A stretch of DNA of 64,000 nucleotides from Leucoraja erinacea (Eukaryota), in the NCBI RefSeq assembly GCF_028641065.1, contig NC_073387.1, forward strand, positions 21,886,001 through 21,950,000, written 5' to 3'. Under the pieces are notes generated by a model. It saw only the letters and a program-made list of their open reading frames with translations, did no database searches and was not told the origin of the DNA. Both the position numbers and the translations under genes were made by a program. This document shows positions 35,331-46,422 of this stretch, in pieces. The first letter of the stretch is position 1. Each line of letters starts with the position of its first letter.

Positions 35331-37117
35331 CGATATTAGGGGACATGATCAATTTTGAAACGCATAAATGAATAGTTAACATTATCTTTAAAGATTACAA
35401 TGTACGATATTTAATTAAAAACACCGTGTTACACTAACGGGATACACATCTATGTAATAAGCGAGTTCGGTATTCCGTCTGCGCATGCCCAGGTCATAGG
35501 TCGCTGGTTATAAAGTCACCGCAACGGTGGTGCTGCATTGTGTCCAGGCTTTCGTCTCGTCCGTGGCCGGGGACGGGGTGGGGGTCGAGGTGGGGGTGCT
35601 CTTTTTGCTGCTGGGGCGTCCTCGTCACATCCCCAGTGTCCCGTCCCTGTCCGGAGGTGTCCGGGGTAGCTTTGGGCTGGCGGGGCGGCCCCTGACTTGC
35701 AGCCGCTGGCTTCAGATCGGCTGTGCGGGGTGGCCGGCAGCCCTCCACCTCCACCCCCGTCGCCTCAGTTTGACACCGAGATCCTGCTGAAGGTGGTAAG
35801 CCGCCAGCTGGAAGAAGTGGCAGAGGGTACCGTAGGGGCAGAGCGCAGCTCGGCCAGGCCGTGGGCGAACTGGCACCATCCAGCCGCCGCTGCGCCTGTC
35901 CCCGTCCTCTCCCGAGTGTCCCGTCCGTGGGCCACCAGGGACGTCCGGGGCGGCGGGACAGGCAGAATCGAGCTGGGGCCGGCGCCTCCCCTCCGCTGGC
36001 TGCGGGCCTGGGCCAACACTCCCGTCCGCGGACCTTTGGATAGAAGACCCTCCTTTAGACTTCCTACGCATTAGACTTTTGCGCCGTGGTTGGGATGGAT
36101 GGGAGCGGGGATGTCCACGTGTGCAAGCAACAAATGACTTAAAGTTTGCGTTGAGTGAACTGAGTGTTCTTAACGTTCTCGCGGTACACCGGCGATTTGT
36201 GAGTGGTTCGATCCCAGCTTCAGCTCAACAAACGTAGGTCACATTACCCGGACAGGCGGCGGGGGATCTGGAGCTGATTTGAGGCATCGGCGATGCTCTG
36301 GAATCCTAGTCGGCCGCCGCCAAGCAGCCGGTTCGAGGAGGCAGCGCCCGACCCGGGGAGTAGAGGTGTCAGTTCTACCAGCGGCGAGCGGAGAGGCACC
36401 AGCTACCGCGGGCCACTCACCTGTCGGGCGCTGACTCCTCCATTCCGGGATCCAACCACTCTCACAAAACGCCGGTGTACGACAAGGACGGTAAGAACAC
36501 TCAGTTCACTCAACGCAAACTTTAGGTCCTGTGTTCCTTGCGACCGCGGAAATCTCCAGCGTGGTCGAGACGATGTGGTTCTGAAGGTGCATTCTCTCGA
36601 TTGAGGACATTTTATCGACTTTCCTAGAAGCAGTGAGCCATTTCTTTACCAATGGTTGTCTGTCTCGCTGAAATCTCTCTCCCCCACCTCTCACAGTCTC
36701 TCCCTGTCTCCCACTCGCATTTGCCTCTTCTCTCTCGCTGGTGTACCCAGCTCTCCCCACTACCGCTCGTTTTTTTTAAACTCTCGGATGACCTTTGACA
36801 AATCCCACGATTCCTTGTGTTTTTCGAAATACCGAACTGGCTTATTGCAGTCATTTTCTTAACCGTGGTATTCTCTCTATTGTAGATTATCTCCTTCACA
36901 TTCGGAGCCGGAATGTGATGTATAAATTTAACACATCTGCAATTATTGGTGATTGTTCGTGATTGAGAGAATGTCCTTTTGGGTCATGCAATGCCATTAA
37001 CCTGGTTTCCTCATGCACCCGGGGGTGTCCTTTGGGGTCATGCAAAACAATGCCTTGTTTTTTCTTGGTTTGCAGCATACACGACACTTAGTCTAGTACA
37101 CTATGTGTTAACACAGC
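35331..37117. mobile_element. Unclassified GC/CpG-rich inserted element with nested inverted repeats, copy 1
   Basis: Interrupts the paralogous spacer after ...CCTCACGGTC (compare 19621-19650). 25-bp IR at 35453-35477/36825-36849 and ~110-bp IR at 36108-36215/36447-36556. No recognisable protein. Confidence 0.6.
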
Positions 37118-37451
37118 ATAGATAGAGTTGATATGGACAGGATGTTTCTACTGGAGGTAGAGTTTTGTACCAGTGGTCATAGCCTCCGAATTAAAGGGCG
37201 CTCTTTTAGAAAGGAGGCGAGGAGGAACTTCCTGAGTCAGACGGTAGTTAATCTGTGCAACTAATTGCCACAGAGGGTTGTCAGTGGATATGTTTAAAAC
37301 AGAGATAGATAAATTGTTGATTAGAACGGGTGTCAAGGGTTATGGGGAGAAGTCAGGAAAATAAGATTAGGAAGCAGAGATCAGCCATGATTGCATGTCG
37401 GGGGAGGCTCGATGGGCCGACTGGCCTAATTCTACCCCTATAACTTGTGAA
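37118..37451 (+). mobile_element. CR1-type LINE 3' end
   Basis: GGTCATAGCCTCCGAATTAAAGGG...GATCAGCCATGATTG...GGCTCGATGGGCCGACTGGCCTAATTCT, typical of chondrichthyan CR1-like 3' termini as I recognise them. Confidence 0.75.
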
Positions 37452-37984
37452 CCAAGCTGCTAATTGCCTTTACTTTCGCTCGTTTTCTCCTCCCTTTCAC
37501 ACGTAATACATTATTCCATTCATACGTGGTCCTCACCTGTTCCTTTACTTCCAGACTAAAGTGGTTTCAATTTTTCATCAGTGTGCCACACTGCCCGTTT
37601 CGCACATTCCCCCACTTGTGCAGCCCAACATGCTCAATGTTTCCAGTCTCATAACACATACCCCCGACCACTTTATCAACCTGTACATTAATTGCAAATG
37701 CTGATTTTAACCATGGATAACGTCGCTTTGTCTTTCCTCTCCACATCAAGATGACTCAGGGGCTTTCCGATACATCCAAGAATGGTGATTCAGGCATTTT
37801 TCCTCAACCCAGGCTATCCTCAACAAAAATGAACTGCATAAAAAATCCCCTCCTGAACTGAATCCAACCACCACTTGATACTGTTTGCTGTAAGCATCCC
37901 CTCGTCTATTTATACCAACAATGTTCTTCTCCTGATGTCACGAAGGGCTCGACACCAACCGCCATGTGCCTCTCCGCTCTTGTC

Positions 37985-38018
<34 letters not shown>

Positions 38019-38529
38019 ACCACACTCAGATCATTGAGTTCTTCTAGTCAGTAGTGCTCACAATCTCAGCATCTGCCATCAATTCTCTTTCAGATATAGG
38101 AGCTTCATTATTTCCTTCAACTGTTGATTATTGTTATATGTTTTTTTTGTACCACGAACTAACAGCAATTCTTATAGAACGCGTGTGTACGCAATTAGAA
38201 AATTCTTCACCGCAACTTTCCCTTATTAATACCTAGTGGATCTAGGTATCCAGGCACTTTGCGTAATAAACTAAATGGCAACACGTTTATGCACATTATC
38301 CAGTGACAGAATGACTGCCTTCAGAAATAAAATATGCAATTTCAAAATGGTTTCATTCCCGTTTCAGGAATTTTTATTTTTGACAATTGTACTCCAATTT
38401 AAGCAATAGAGAAAAAACGCAAGAAGGGAATGTTTTCCTCAAATTTCACTCGCATCGATTCATATTACTGGGCAGAAAGAAAATGGCCGCATAAGAATAG
38501 GCATCCCTTAATCTACGTATCAGCGTAAT

Positions 38530-40914
38530 TTAGCATTGGGCTTGAGAGGTGGGTGCGCCGCATGGCTTCAAGAAGAGAAAATCGGTTTTCGCTGACTCTG
38601 GAGAAAGACAAACCGAGTATTGATTCGGTTCTTGCACGCGGAGTACCCGGCCCGTCCCAGGATAGCGTAAAGTTTCCTCCAGGGCAGGTCTTCCACTAAA
38701 CGTACCGTGAGAACCCCCATAATTGTGAGAATAACTAGGCGAGTTATACTCTTGGATACTATGTCTATCCTGTTTACACTTGATACCAATCAATAGAATA
38801 ATGATCAAAAGAAAGACCACGGAAGTGCAACTGAATATGACGATTAAATAAACGTTTGGATCAGAGAAATATTCTGGATTCTTCACCAAGGTACTGCTTT
38901 CGCTGATTCCTTCAGTGCTGTTCCACAACAATCTAATGTTGATTCCAACTGTGCTGGACAGGCTTGGCTGCCCATTGTCCTTAACCAAGATGACTAGAGT
39001 TTGTAAAGCATTATCTGACTGCAAAATATTGCGCGCTGTTCTGACTTCCCCGGAATGTTGTCCAATGTTATACAACCCGGTTGCGGTAGATTTCATCATC
39101 TGATAAAAGAGCCGTGCGTTCTGACCAGAATCGGCATCGTTTGCTATTATCTTGGTGACCAAGTACCCTTGACCCGCTGTCTCGGGCACGACCTCCACTG
39201 TTGCTGGGCCACTTTGTTCTGAAGGTGAAACAATTACCGGCGCGTTGTCATTTTGATCCAGGATGATCACATTCATCGTGGCGCTGCTGCTCAACCGAGG
39301 CACCCCGGCGTCACGGGCTTGAACATGGATTTGGAAGTTCTTGAGTTCCTCATAGTCAAAGGGACGCAGCGCGTAAATAGTACCGTTAATTGTGTTAATA
39401 GTGAGGTAAGTGGACACTGGCAAGTTTTGGATATGATTATCGAGAAAGGAGTAGGAAACATGGGAATTTAGATCCAGATCAGGATCCATTGCAGTTACTG
39501 TGGAAACGGACGCACCCGCCGCGTTATTCTCCATTACATATACGTTGTGGGATGTCTCACTGAACTGTGGTGCGTTATCATTAATGTCCGAAATTGAAAT
39601 CTCGATGGTTTTATTTGTTGATAGTGACGGTGAACCCAAGTCCCAGGCTGAAACAAGAATGTTATACTCAGAGATCGCTTCACGGTCCAACGTTTCACTG
39701 GTGACTAATTTATAGTGGTTCGATGTCTTTTGCAGTCGAAATGGGACGTTCTTTTGTATCTCGCAACGCACTTGACCGTTCGTTTCGGAATCGCGATCGA
39801 TCACATAAATCAGGGATATGAAACTTCCTGGTGGAGTATCCTCCTGGATTTTGTTGGAAGCTGATGTCACCCTTATCTCAGGTGCATTGTCATTCGCGTC
39901 AATCACTTTGATCACAACTTTGCAGTGCCCCGTCATTGCAGGTGAACCGTGGTCCTGGGCTTGAATATCGAGAGAATAGCTGTTTACTTCTTCAAAATCT
40001 AGAGGCCCTTTAACTAGAATCTCCCCGGTGCGTGGATCCAAACTGAATAAATGTTGCACTCTTCGCAAAGTAGCATCATGTAAACGATATGTTAACTCCG
40101 CATTCAGTCCTTCGTCCAAATCATTTGCTTGGATTTTCAGCACCAACGTACCCCGCAGTGCGTTCTCACTTACGCTGCCTCTGTAAATATTATGATCGAA
40201 CACAGGTGGATTATCGTTGAAGTCCAGCACAGTAATGAGAATCTGAGCTGTGGCTGATCTCTGAGGGGTTCCGCCATCCATCCCCGTAAGCAAGAGTTGA
40301 AGGGATGATTGCTGCTCTCGGTCCAACAACTTCTCTAACAGCAACTCGGCTATTATAATACCGTCTTCGGCTCTCTGTGTTTTTAGACTAAAGTACTCAC
40401 TGGAACTGATTGTGTAAGCGGCCACGGTATTTGTACCAATGTCGGGATCATCCGCGCCCTCGAGTCGGAAATGTACACCGGGTGCACTGGCTTCCGATAT
40501 CTGCAAGACAATGCTGCTCTGCGGGAAAGTGGGAGAATTGTCATTTACGTCAAGAATCACCAATTCCCCGTGATACATCTCCAAAGGGTTCGCCAGTATG
40601 GTTTCGAAAGGTATAGTGCATTTATCAGTCTGTCCACAAATACGTTCCCGGTCGATTCTTTCACGAATAGACATGATTCCATTGTCCAAACTGACCTTCA
40701 TGTACCGCCCTCCGTCATCAGAGCCCAATCGGAATTTGCGAGCTGACAATTGCCGTACGTTCAGGCCCAAATCCACAGCGATATTCGCAACAAATGCCCC
40801 TTGCTTCATTTCCTCGGGAATAGAATAACGAATTTGCCCGGTGATTAGACCCGGTCGACATATCACAAATATGCAAGCAAACGCAGTGAAGGCAAACCTC
40901 GGTAGGCACGCCAT
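38530..40914 (-). CDS. Clustered protocadherin gene G6, intact ORF (794 aa) but no CSE upstream
   Basis: ORF 38530..41196; the paralog-equivalent ATG is 40914 (MACLPRF). Six EC repeats, TM, tail ending PTSQAQC*. Confidence 0.93.
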   Translation of the reverse strand: MACLPRFAFTAFACIFVICRPGLITGQIRYSIPEEMKQGAFVANIAVDLGLNVRQLSARKFRLGSDDGGRYMKVSLDNGIMSIRERIDRERICGQTDKCTIPFETILANPLEMYHGELVILDVNDNSPTFPQSSIVLQISEASAPGVHFRLEGADDPDIGTNTVAAYTISSSEYFSLKTQRAEDGIIIAELLLEKLLDREQQSSLQLLLTGMDGGTPQRSATAQILITVLDFNDNPPVFDHNIYRGSVSENALRGTLVLKIQANDLDEGLNAELTYRLHDATLRRVQHLFSLDPRTGEILVKGPLDFEEVNSYSLDIQAQDHGSPAMTGHCKVVIKVIDANDNAPEIRVTSASNKIQEDTPPGSFISLIYVIDRDSETNGQVRCEIQKNVPFRLQKTSNHYKLVTSETLDREAISEYNILVSAWDLGSPSLSTNKTIEISISDINDNAPQFSETSHNVYVMENNAAGASVSTVTAMDPDLDLNSHVSYSFLDNHIQNLPVSTYLTINTINGTIYALRPFDYEELKNFQIHVQARDAGVPRLSSSATMNVIILDQNDNAPVIVSPSEQSGPATVEVVPETAGQGYLVTKIIANDADSGQNARLFYQMMKSTATGLYNIGQHSGEVRTARNILQSDNALQTLVILVKDNGQPSLSSTVGINIRLLWNSTEGISESSTLVKNPEYFSDPNVYLIVIFSCTSVVFLLIIILLIGIKCKQDRHSIQEYNSPSYSHNYGGSHGTFSGRPALEETLRYPGTGRVLRVQEPNQYSVCLSPESAKTDFLFLKPCGAPTSQAQC

Positions 40915-41115
40915 TGTTCCGCGCCCTGTCAAAGTCCCAGACCAGGCCTCTCCTCGGGTAATCCGTGCAAACGGTCCACGCACCAGATAAAAAATCTTAT
41001 AGATTTCCAATCCCGAATTCATACAGACGGGAAATCTATCGTCCTCAGCCTGCTTCGGCAATGGAAACGCAGGCACTGCTCGCCTCTCTCGTCGCGTATG
41101 ACGTTTTTTATTCTT

Positions 41116-41780
41116 GTGCACAGTTCTAGTCTGAACGCCATTGGTAGGCGAGCTGGAACCTCCTATTGCAACTCCGGAATTGCAACATTTCTTCAAATCC
41201 CATTCAAAATGAAATCTCTCGTCCTCAGTTTACTCCATACTCAGATGGAGGACATATACAAACTGAAATACCAGCACCCCATATTCCGCATGTGTGGCCT
41301 ACAATCCAAAGGCATGAACCTGCATTGTTCCAATTGTAGATTACCGCCCACCCACCCCCTTCTCCTGCTGATCCATACGGGTCCCCACACTCACATCCTC
41401 CTCTACCCGTCGTACTGTTTCGCATGAGCCTTGCCTGCCCATACTTCTATAGTTTGTTTCGTACATTCCCTTTTTATCGGATCCACCATCTCGTTCTTCT
41501 TTTTCACATGTTAACTCCCGCCTATGTGACCATCTCCATCCGTTGTTTTCCATCTGCAAGCCAAGTTTTCCTTGCCTGGATTCCACTTGCCAGCACTTGC
41601 CTCACCATTTTCATTTACCTCTTTCTACCAGCTAACGCTCCCCTAGTCCGGATTGGAGGGGCGGGGCATCCTGAAACGTTATCTATCCATATCCCAGCTC
41701 ACTTCGGGGCCCACCTGTTTCCCGGTGAGTTTTCCGCCAACTCAATTTATCTTACACAATATTTCAGCTTTCGCATCTTG
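41116..41780 (+). mobile_element. Old Penelope-like relic abutting the G6 proximal promoter
   Basis: ORF 41098..41427 contains LVLSLLHTQMEDIYKLKYQHPIFRMCGLQSKGMNLHCSN, matching the Penelope GIY-YIG C-terminal pattern (LSVLGLLHCQSE..RKLEEQHLIFRLG.LQP.GMN..FSN). A pyrimidine-rich tract and a pLTR-like remnant (CCTGAAACGTTATCTATCC) follow. Confidence 0.65.
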
Positions 41781-42208
41781 TGTTTCTCATTCACTTATTA
41801 TTTTCATTTCCGTCTTCTAAATTTGTTATTTAGTTATTTGCTCTGTACCTATCAGCACTTCATATGGAATATGCTGACGTCGAATTTTTTAATCGTATTT
41901 TTTACTTTAGGCAAGTAAATGGATTTAGCATCCTTAATGTGATTGACCCAGCAGCAATGTATATCATCTGTACGTCGTTCAAAAATAGGCAATATGATTT
42001 CTTCTGAGTTGACAGATACCTCTCAGACGATGGGCTTTATTTGCTAAAAGTTATATATTCGTTACCATTACAACAAATGCACAATTTAAAGGAAATCGAA
42101 AACATGCACAAACATTTTCATAAATATTTCACTCACGAGTTATTCATATGCCTCGAGAGTAAAATGACCCCAAATAAGAAGATGCGTCTTCCTAGAGCAT
42201 ACGCATCA

Positions 42209-44591
42209 TTAGGCCTGAGACGTGGGAGCGCCGTATGGCTTCAAGAAGAGAAAATCACTTTTCGCTGATTCTGGAGAAAGGCAGACCGAGTAGTGATGCG
42301 GTTCCGGCACGCGGCCAACCCGGCCTGTCCTGGGATAGCGTAAAGTTTCCTCTATGGCAGGTCTACCATTAAACGTACCGTGCAACTCTCCACCATGTAA
42401 CAATAACTGGGGGTGTTATACCCTTGGATAATACTTCTGTCCTGTTTACACTTGATGCCAATCAACAGACCGATGATCAGAAGAAACACAACGGAAGTGC
42501 AGCTGAAAATTATGATAAAGTACACATTTGGATCAGAGAAATATACTGGATTCTTCACCAATGTACTGCTTTCGGTGATTCCTTCAGTGCTGTTTTCCAA
42601 AACTCGAATGTTCATTGTAACTGTGCTGGACAGGCATGGCTGCCCATTGTCCCTGACCAAGATGACTATAGTTTGTACAGCAGTGTCGGACTGGAAAATA
42701 TTGCGCGATGTTCTAACATCACCGGAACGTTGTCCGACGTTGTACAAACCGGGGTCGGTAGATTTCACTATCTGAAAAAAGAGCTGTGCGTTCTGACCAG
42801 AATCTGCATCCGTTGCCATTATCTTGCTGACCAAGTACCCTTGACCCGCTGACCGGGGTACGGTATCCACTGATGATGAGCCACTTTGTTCTGAAGGTGA
42901 AACTATTACCGGCGCGTTGTCATTTTGATCCAGGATGATCACATTCACCATGGCGCTGCTACTCAACGGAGACACCCCGGAGTCACGGGCTTGAACATTA
43001 ATCTGGAAGTTTTTTAGTTCCTCATAATCAAAGGAACGCAGTGCGTAAATGGTACCGTTAATTGAATTGATAGTGAGGTAAGTGGATATTGGCACGTTTT
43101 GGATATGGTTATCGAGAAAGGAGTAGGAAATATAGGAATTTTGATCCAGATCAGGATCTGTTGCGGTTACTGTGGAAACGGACACACCCGGAGCGTTGTT
43201 CTCCATTATATATATGTTGTAGGATGACTCTGTGAATTGTGGTTCGTTATCGTTAACGTCCGAAATTGCAATCTGGATGGTTGTATTTGATGAGAGTGAC
43301 GGCGACCCCAAGTCCCAGGCTGAAATAAGAATGTTATACTCAGCGATGGCTTCACGGTCCAACGTTTCACTCGTGGTTAATTTATAGTTGTTCGATACCT
43401 TTTGCAGTCGAAATGGGACGTTCTTTTGTCTTAACTCGCAACGTACTTGACCGTTCGCTCCAGAAGCACGATCCATCACATTAATCAGACATATGAAACT
43501 TCCTGGTGGCGCATTTTCCGGGATTTTGTTGCAAGGTGATGGTACCTTTATCTCAGGTGCGTTGTCGTTCGCATCAGTGACTTTGATCAGTACTTTGGAG
43601 TGTCCTGTCATTGCAGGGGAACCGTGGTCCTGGGCTCGAATATCCAGAGAATAGCTGTTTACTTGTTCAAAATCTAGAAGCCCTTTGACTCGAAGCTCCC
43701 CAGTAACTGGGTCTAAACTGAATAATTTTCGCGCTCTTATCAAAGAAATATCACTAAAACAATATGTCAGCTCCGAATTCAGTCCTTCGTCCAAATCATT
43801 TGCTTTTGACTGTCAGCACCAACGTACCCCCGCGACGCATTCTCACTTACGCTGCCTCTGTAAATATCATGATCGAAACACAGGTGGATTATCGTTGTTG
43901 TCCAATACAGTAATGAGAATATGAGCTGTGGCTGATCTCTGAGGGGTGCCACCATCAGTCGCCGTAAGCAAGAGTTGAAATGATGATTGCTGCTCTCGGT
44001 CCAAAGATTTCCCTAACAGCAAGTCAGCAATCATAATACCGTCTTCGGTTTTCTGTGTTCTTAGACTAAAGTGCTCACTGGAACTGATTGTATAAGCGGC
44101 CACGGTATTTGTACCAATGTCGGGATCATCCGCGCCCTCGAGTCGGAAACGTACACCGGGTGCACTAGCTTCCGATATCTGCAAGACAATGCTGCTCTGC
44201 GGGAAAGTGGGGGAATTGTCATTTACATCAAGAATCGCCAATTCCCCGTGATACACCTCCACGGGGTTTCCAGTATTGTTTCGAAATATACAGTGCATTT
44301 ATCATTCTGTCCACAAATACGTTCCCGGTCGATTCTTTCACGAATAGACATGATTCCATTGTCCAAACTGACCTTCATGTACCGCCCTCCGTCATCAGAG
44401 TTCAGTCGGAATTTGCGAGCTGACAGTTGCCGTACATTCAGGCCCAAATCCACAGCGATATTCCCAACAAATGCCCCTTGCTCCATTTCCTCGGGAATAG
44501 AATAACGAATTTGCCCGGAGATTGGACCCGGTGCACATATCACAAACATGCAAGCAAATACTGTGAGGGCAAACCTCCGTATGTGCGCCAT
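42209..44591 (-). pseudogene. Clustered protocadherin G7, multiple frameshifts, CSE deleted
   Basis: Split across ORFs 44223..44630, 43867..44298, 42352..43794 and 42209..42403. 1-bp indels at ~44265, ~43877, ~43830, ~43805 and ~42395; EC4 DxD changed to DRA; 35-bp promoter deletion. Confidence 0.8.
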
Positions 44592-46422
44592 TATTCCGCC
44601 TCTCCTCGAGTAATCCGTGCAAATCGTCAAACCACGAAATAAATATTCACATATATTCCCAATACCGAATCGAAACAGACGGGAAATCTATCCTCTTCTG
44701 CCTGTTTCGTCAATCAAAACGCACGCACTGCTCGCCTCTCTAAACGCGTCTGACGTTTTTATTCTGAGATATGGGGGGGACAATGGATCCATCTCTGTAC
44801 TGGGGCTTCTCATTGGCAGCTGCAATTCTTAAAGCTGTACTGCTCTCCTATATATTTAATGGTGTGCAACCATAAAACGTCCTCTTTAAAAAGAAGCTTG
44901 AAGAAGGAATTTTCTTCCATTTAACTTCGAAAGTCGAGAGGGGGGTGTTCGTGAATATAATACTTTCAATTGGCCGATTGTTGAACCAACTTCCTGTTTA
45001 AAGTAATTGTTGTAGAAATATATCGTCACGCCCAGGTCAAGCCAAGTTTATTGACACGTGCATGCACAGGCACGCAGAGGCACTGCTGCAATGTAAATCT
45101 TGCTTGCAGCAGCTTCACAAGCACATAACACAGCAGACCCCGACAGATATTGTAGGAAACATTGAAAATAGGTGTCGGTGTGAGGTTTTGCGCAGGAATT
45201 TAGGTGGATTTTTGTTTCTTATTTAACTTGAGATTTTCTGTTTCGATTTTCTGTAGTTTTTTCATTGGTTTTGTTAATGCAATTTGCAACTAAATGACCG
45301 AATTACGAAGTAATCCGTAGATTTGTTCTCATTTAAAATGAGCCTCAGTTAACACTAATCTCGTGGTACTACACTTACCGTGTAAAACCGGTTTTTCAGT
45401 GAACGTTAACAAGGTGGCCCAAAGTACTTGTAATGTTTTTAGGCAATTGAAGCTTCATTTCTGCTGCTGGAGTTTGCAGTGAATGTTGAACCTCATACAT
45501 GACCCAGGCAAAGTTTGAATGGGCCACGTTTTCATGACGTAGAGGATATAATCTACGTCTACTTTAATTAAACGGAATGCATTGGTCATGTTCGCCATTG
45601 GTTGAAAATGTTCTGAATATATCTGATGCCATACTTGGATGTCAATTGTACGTCATTCTCAAGTTAGCGCTGGGTTTCACCTTTTATATTCCATTGCCAA
45701 ACAAAGGTTTGCCGTGACTTAACCTCACGAAACTAGCAAAAAAATTCTAATACCAATAAAATTAATATCAACCGAATAATTGTAATAAAATCTGAAAAAA
45801 ATCCAAATCATCGCGAAACACTACAGGTGAGATTAGGGATAATTCCTTCCACCAAACAAGAGGTATGCTGCTATCGCTATATGGCAATTGAATGACAAGC
45901 AGTCAGCTGTGGAACAACAACTGAAAATGCTGAAAACACTCATCGATTTAGATATCATCCGAGGAAAGAAATACAATCAACGCTTCTGACCGTGGATCGT
46001 CTATCTGTGAAACCATGAAATATAAGTTCCTTTTCAATAACAGCGAGTATGGGAATTAAAGGAGAAAAAAATAGAAATCTTTCTCAGAGGCAAGACCAAA
46101 TAAATGTATATCCTTTAATCACCTCAATGTAAGTGATCGGGGACAAATTGTTTCTGTGGTGTATGGCGAATAGCAAGGGAATGGGACATGTTCAGCTCAT
46201 TGAACAGCTGTGGATTTTGGATGAAAGCAATTTGTTCTTTAAAAATGAGAAGAGTGGCAGAGAGGGTCGTGTAGAATGCATATGGCATGGCTGCCTCCTT
46301 AGGCAGCGGTACTGATTGTAAGAGTTGAGGTCTATTGTAGTTGAATAAAACATTTCTTGGGCTGGATTTGAATTATTGTGTGCAAGTTGTTGTGGTAAGC
46401 ACAATATGTAAGTGATTGGGTT

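Larger units (their letters stand above)
21050..41115. repeat. Segmental duplication, copy 1 (G4-spacer-G5-F1-spacer-G6)
   Basis: Same order of genes, gene relic, GC-rich element and CR1 end as ~42550-64000, with visibly high identity. Boundaries are approximate. Confidence 0.85.

Noticed and set aside
36150-36230. tRNA gene
   Set aside because: Only a GGTTCGATCCC motif is present; I could not build a cloverleaf with acceptor, D and anticodon arms.
36268-36310. Hammerhead ribozyme at CTGATTTGAGGCATCGGCGATGCTC
   Set aside because: A small hairpin exists, but there is no CUGAnGA core and no GAAA in the right place.
35494-36604. Overlapping ORFs in the GC-rich element as a protein-coding gene
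   Set aside because: Expected from high GC content; frames differ between the two copies at several indels and no domain is recognisable.
40915-41196. 94-aa N-terminal extension of G6 (and the 49-aa extension of G9, 63842-63988)
   Set aside because: The ORF caller used non-ATG or upstream starts. The sequence is homologous to paralog 5' UTR and promoter DNA (plus TE relic at G6), and the signal peptide starts at the shared ATG.
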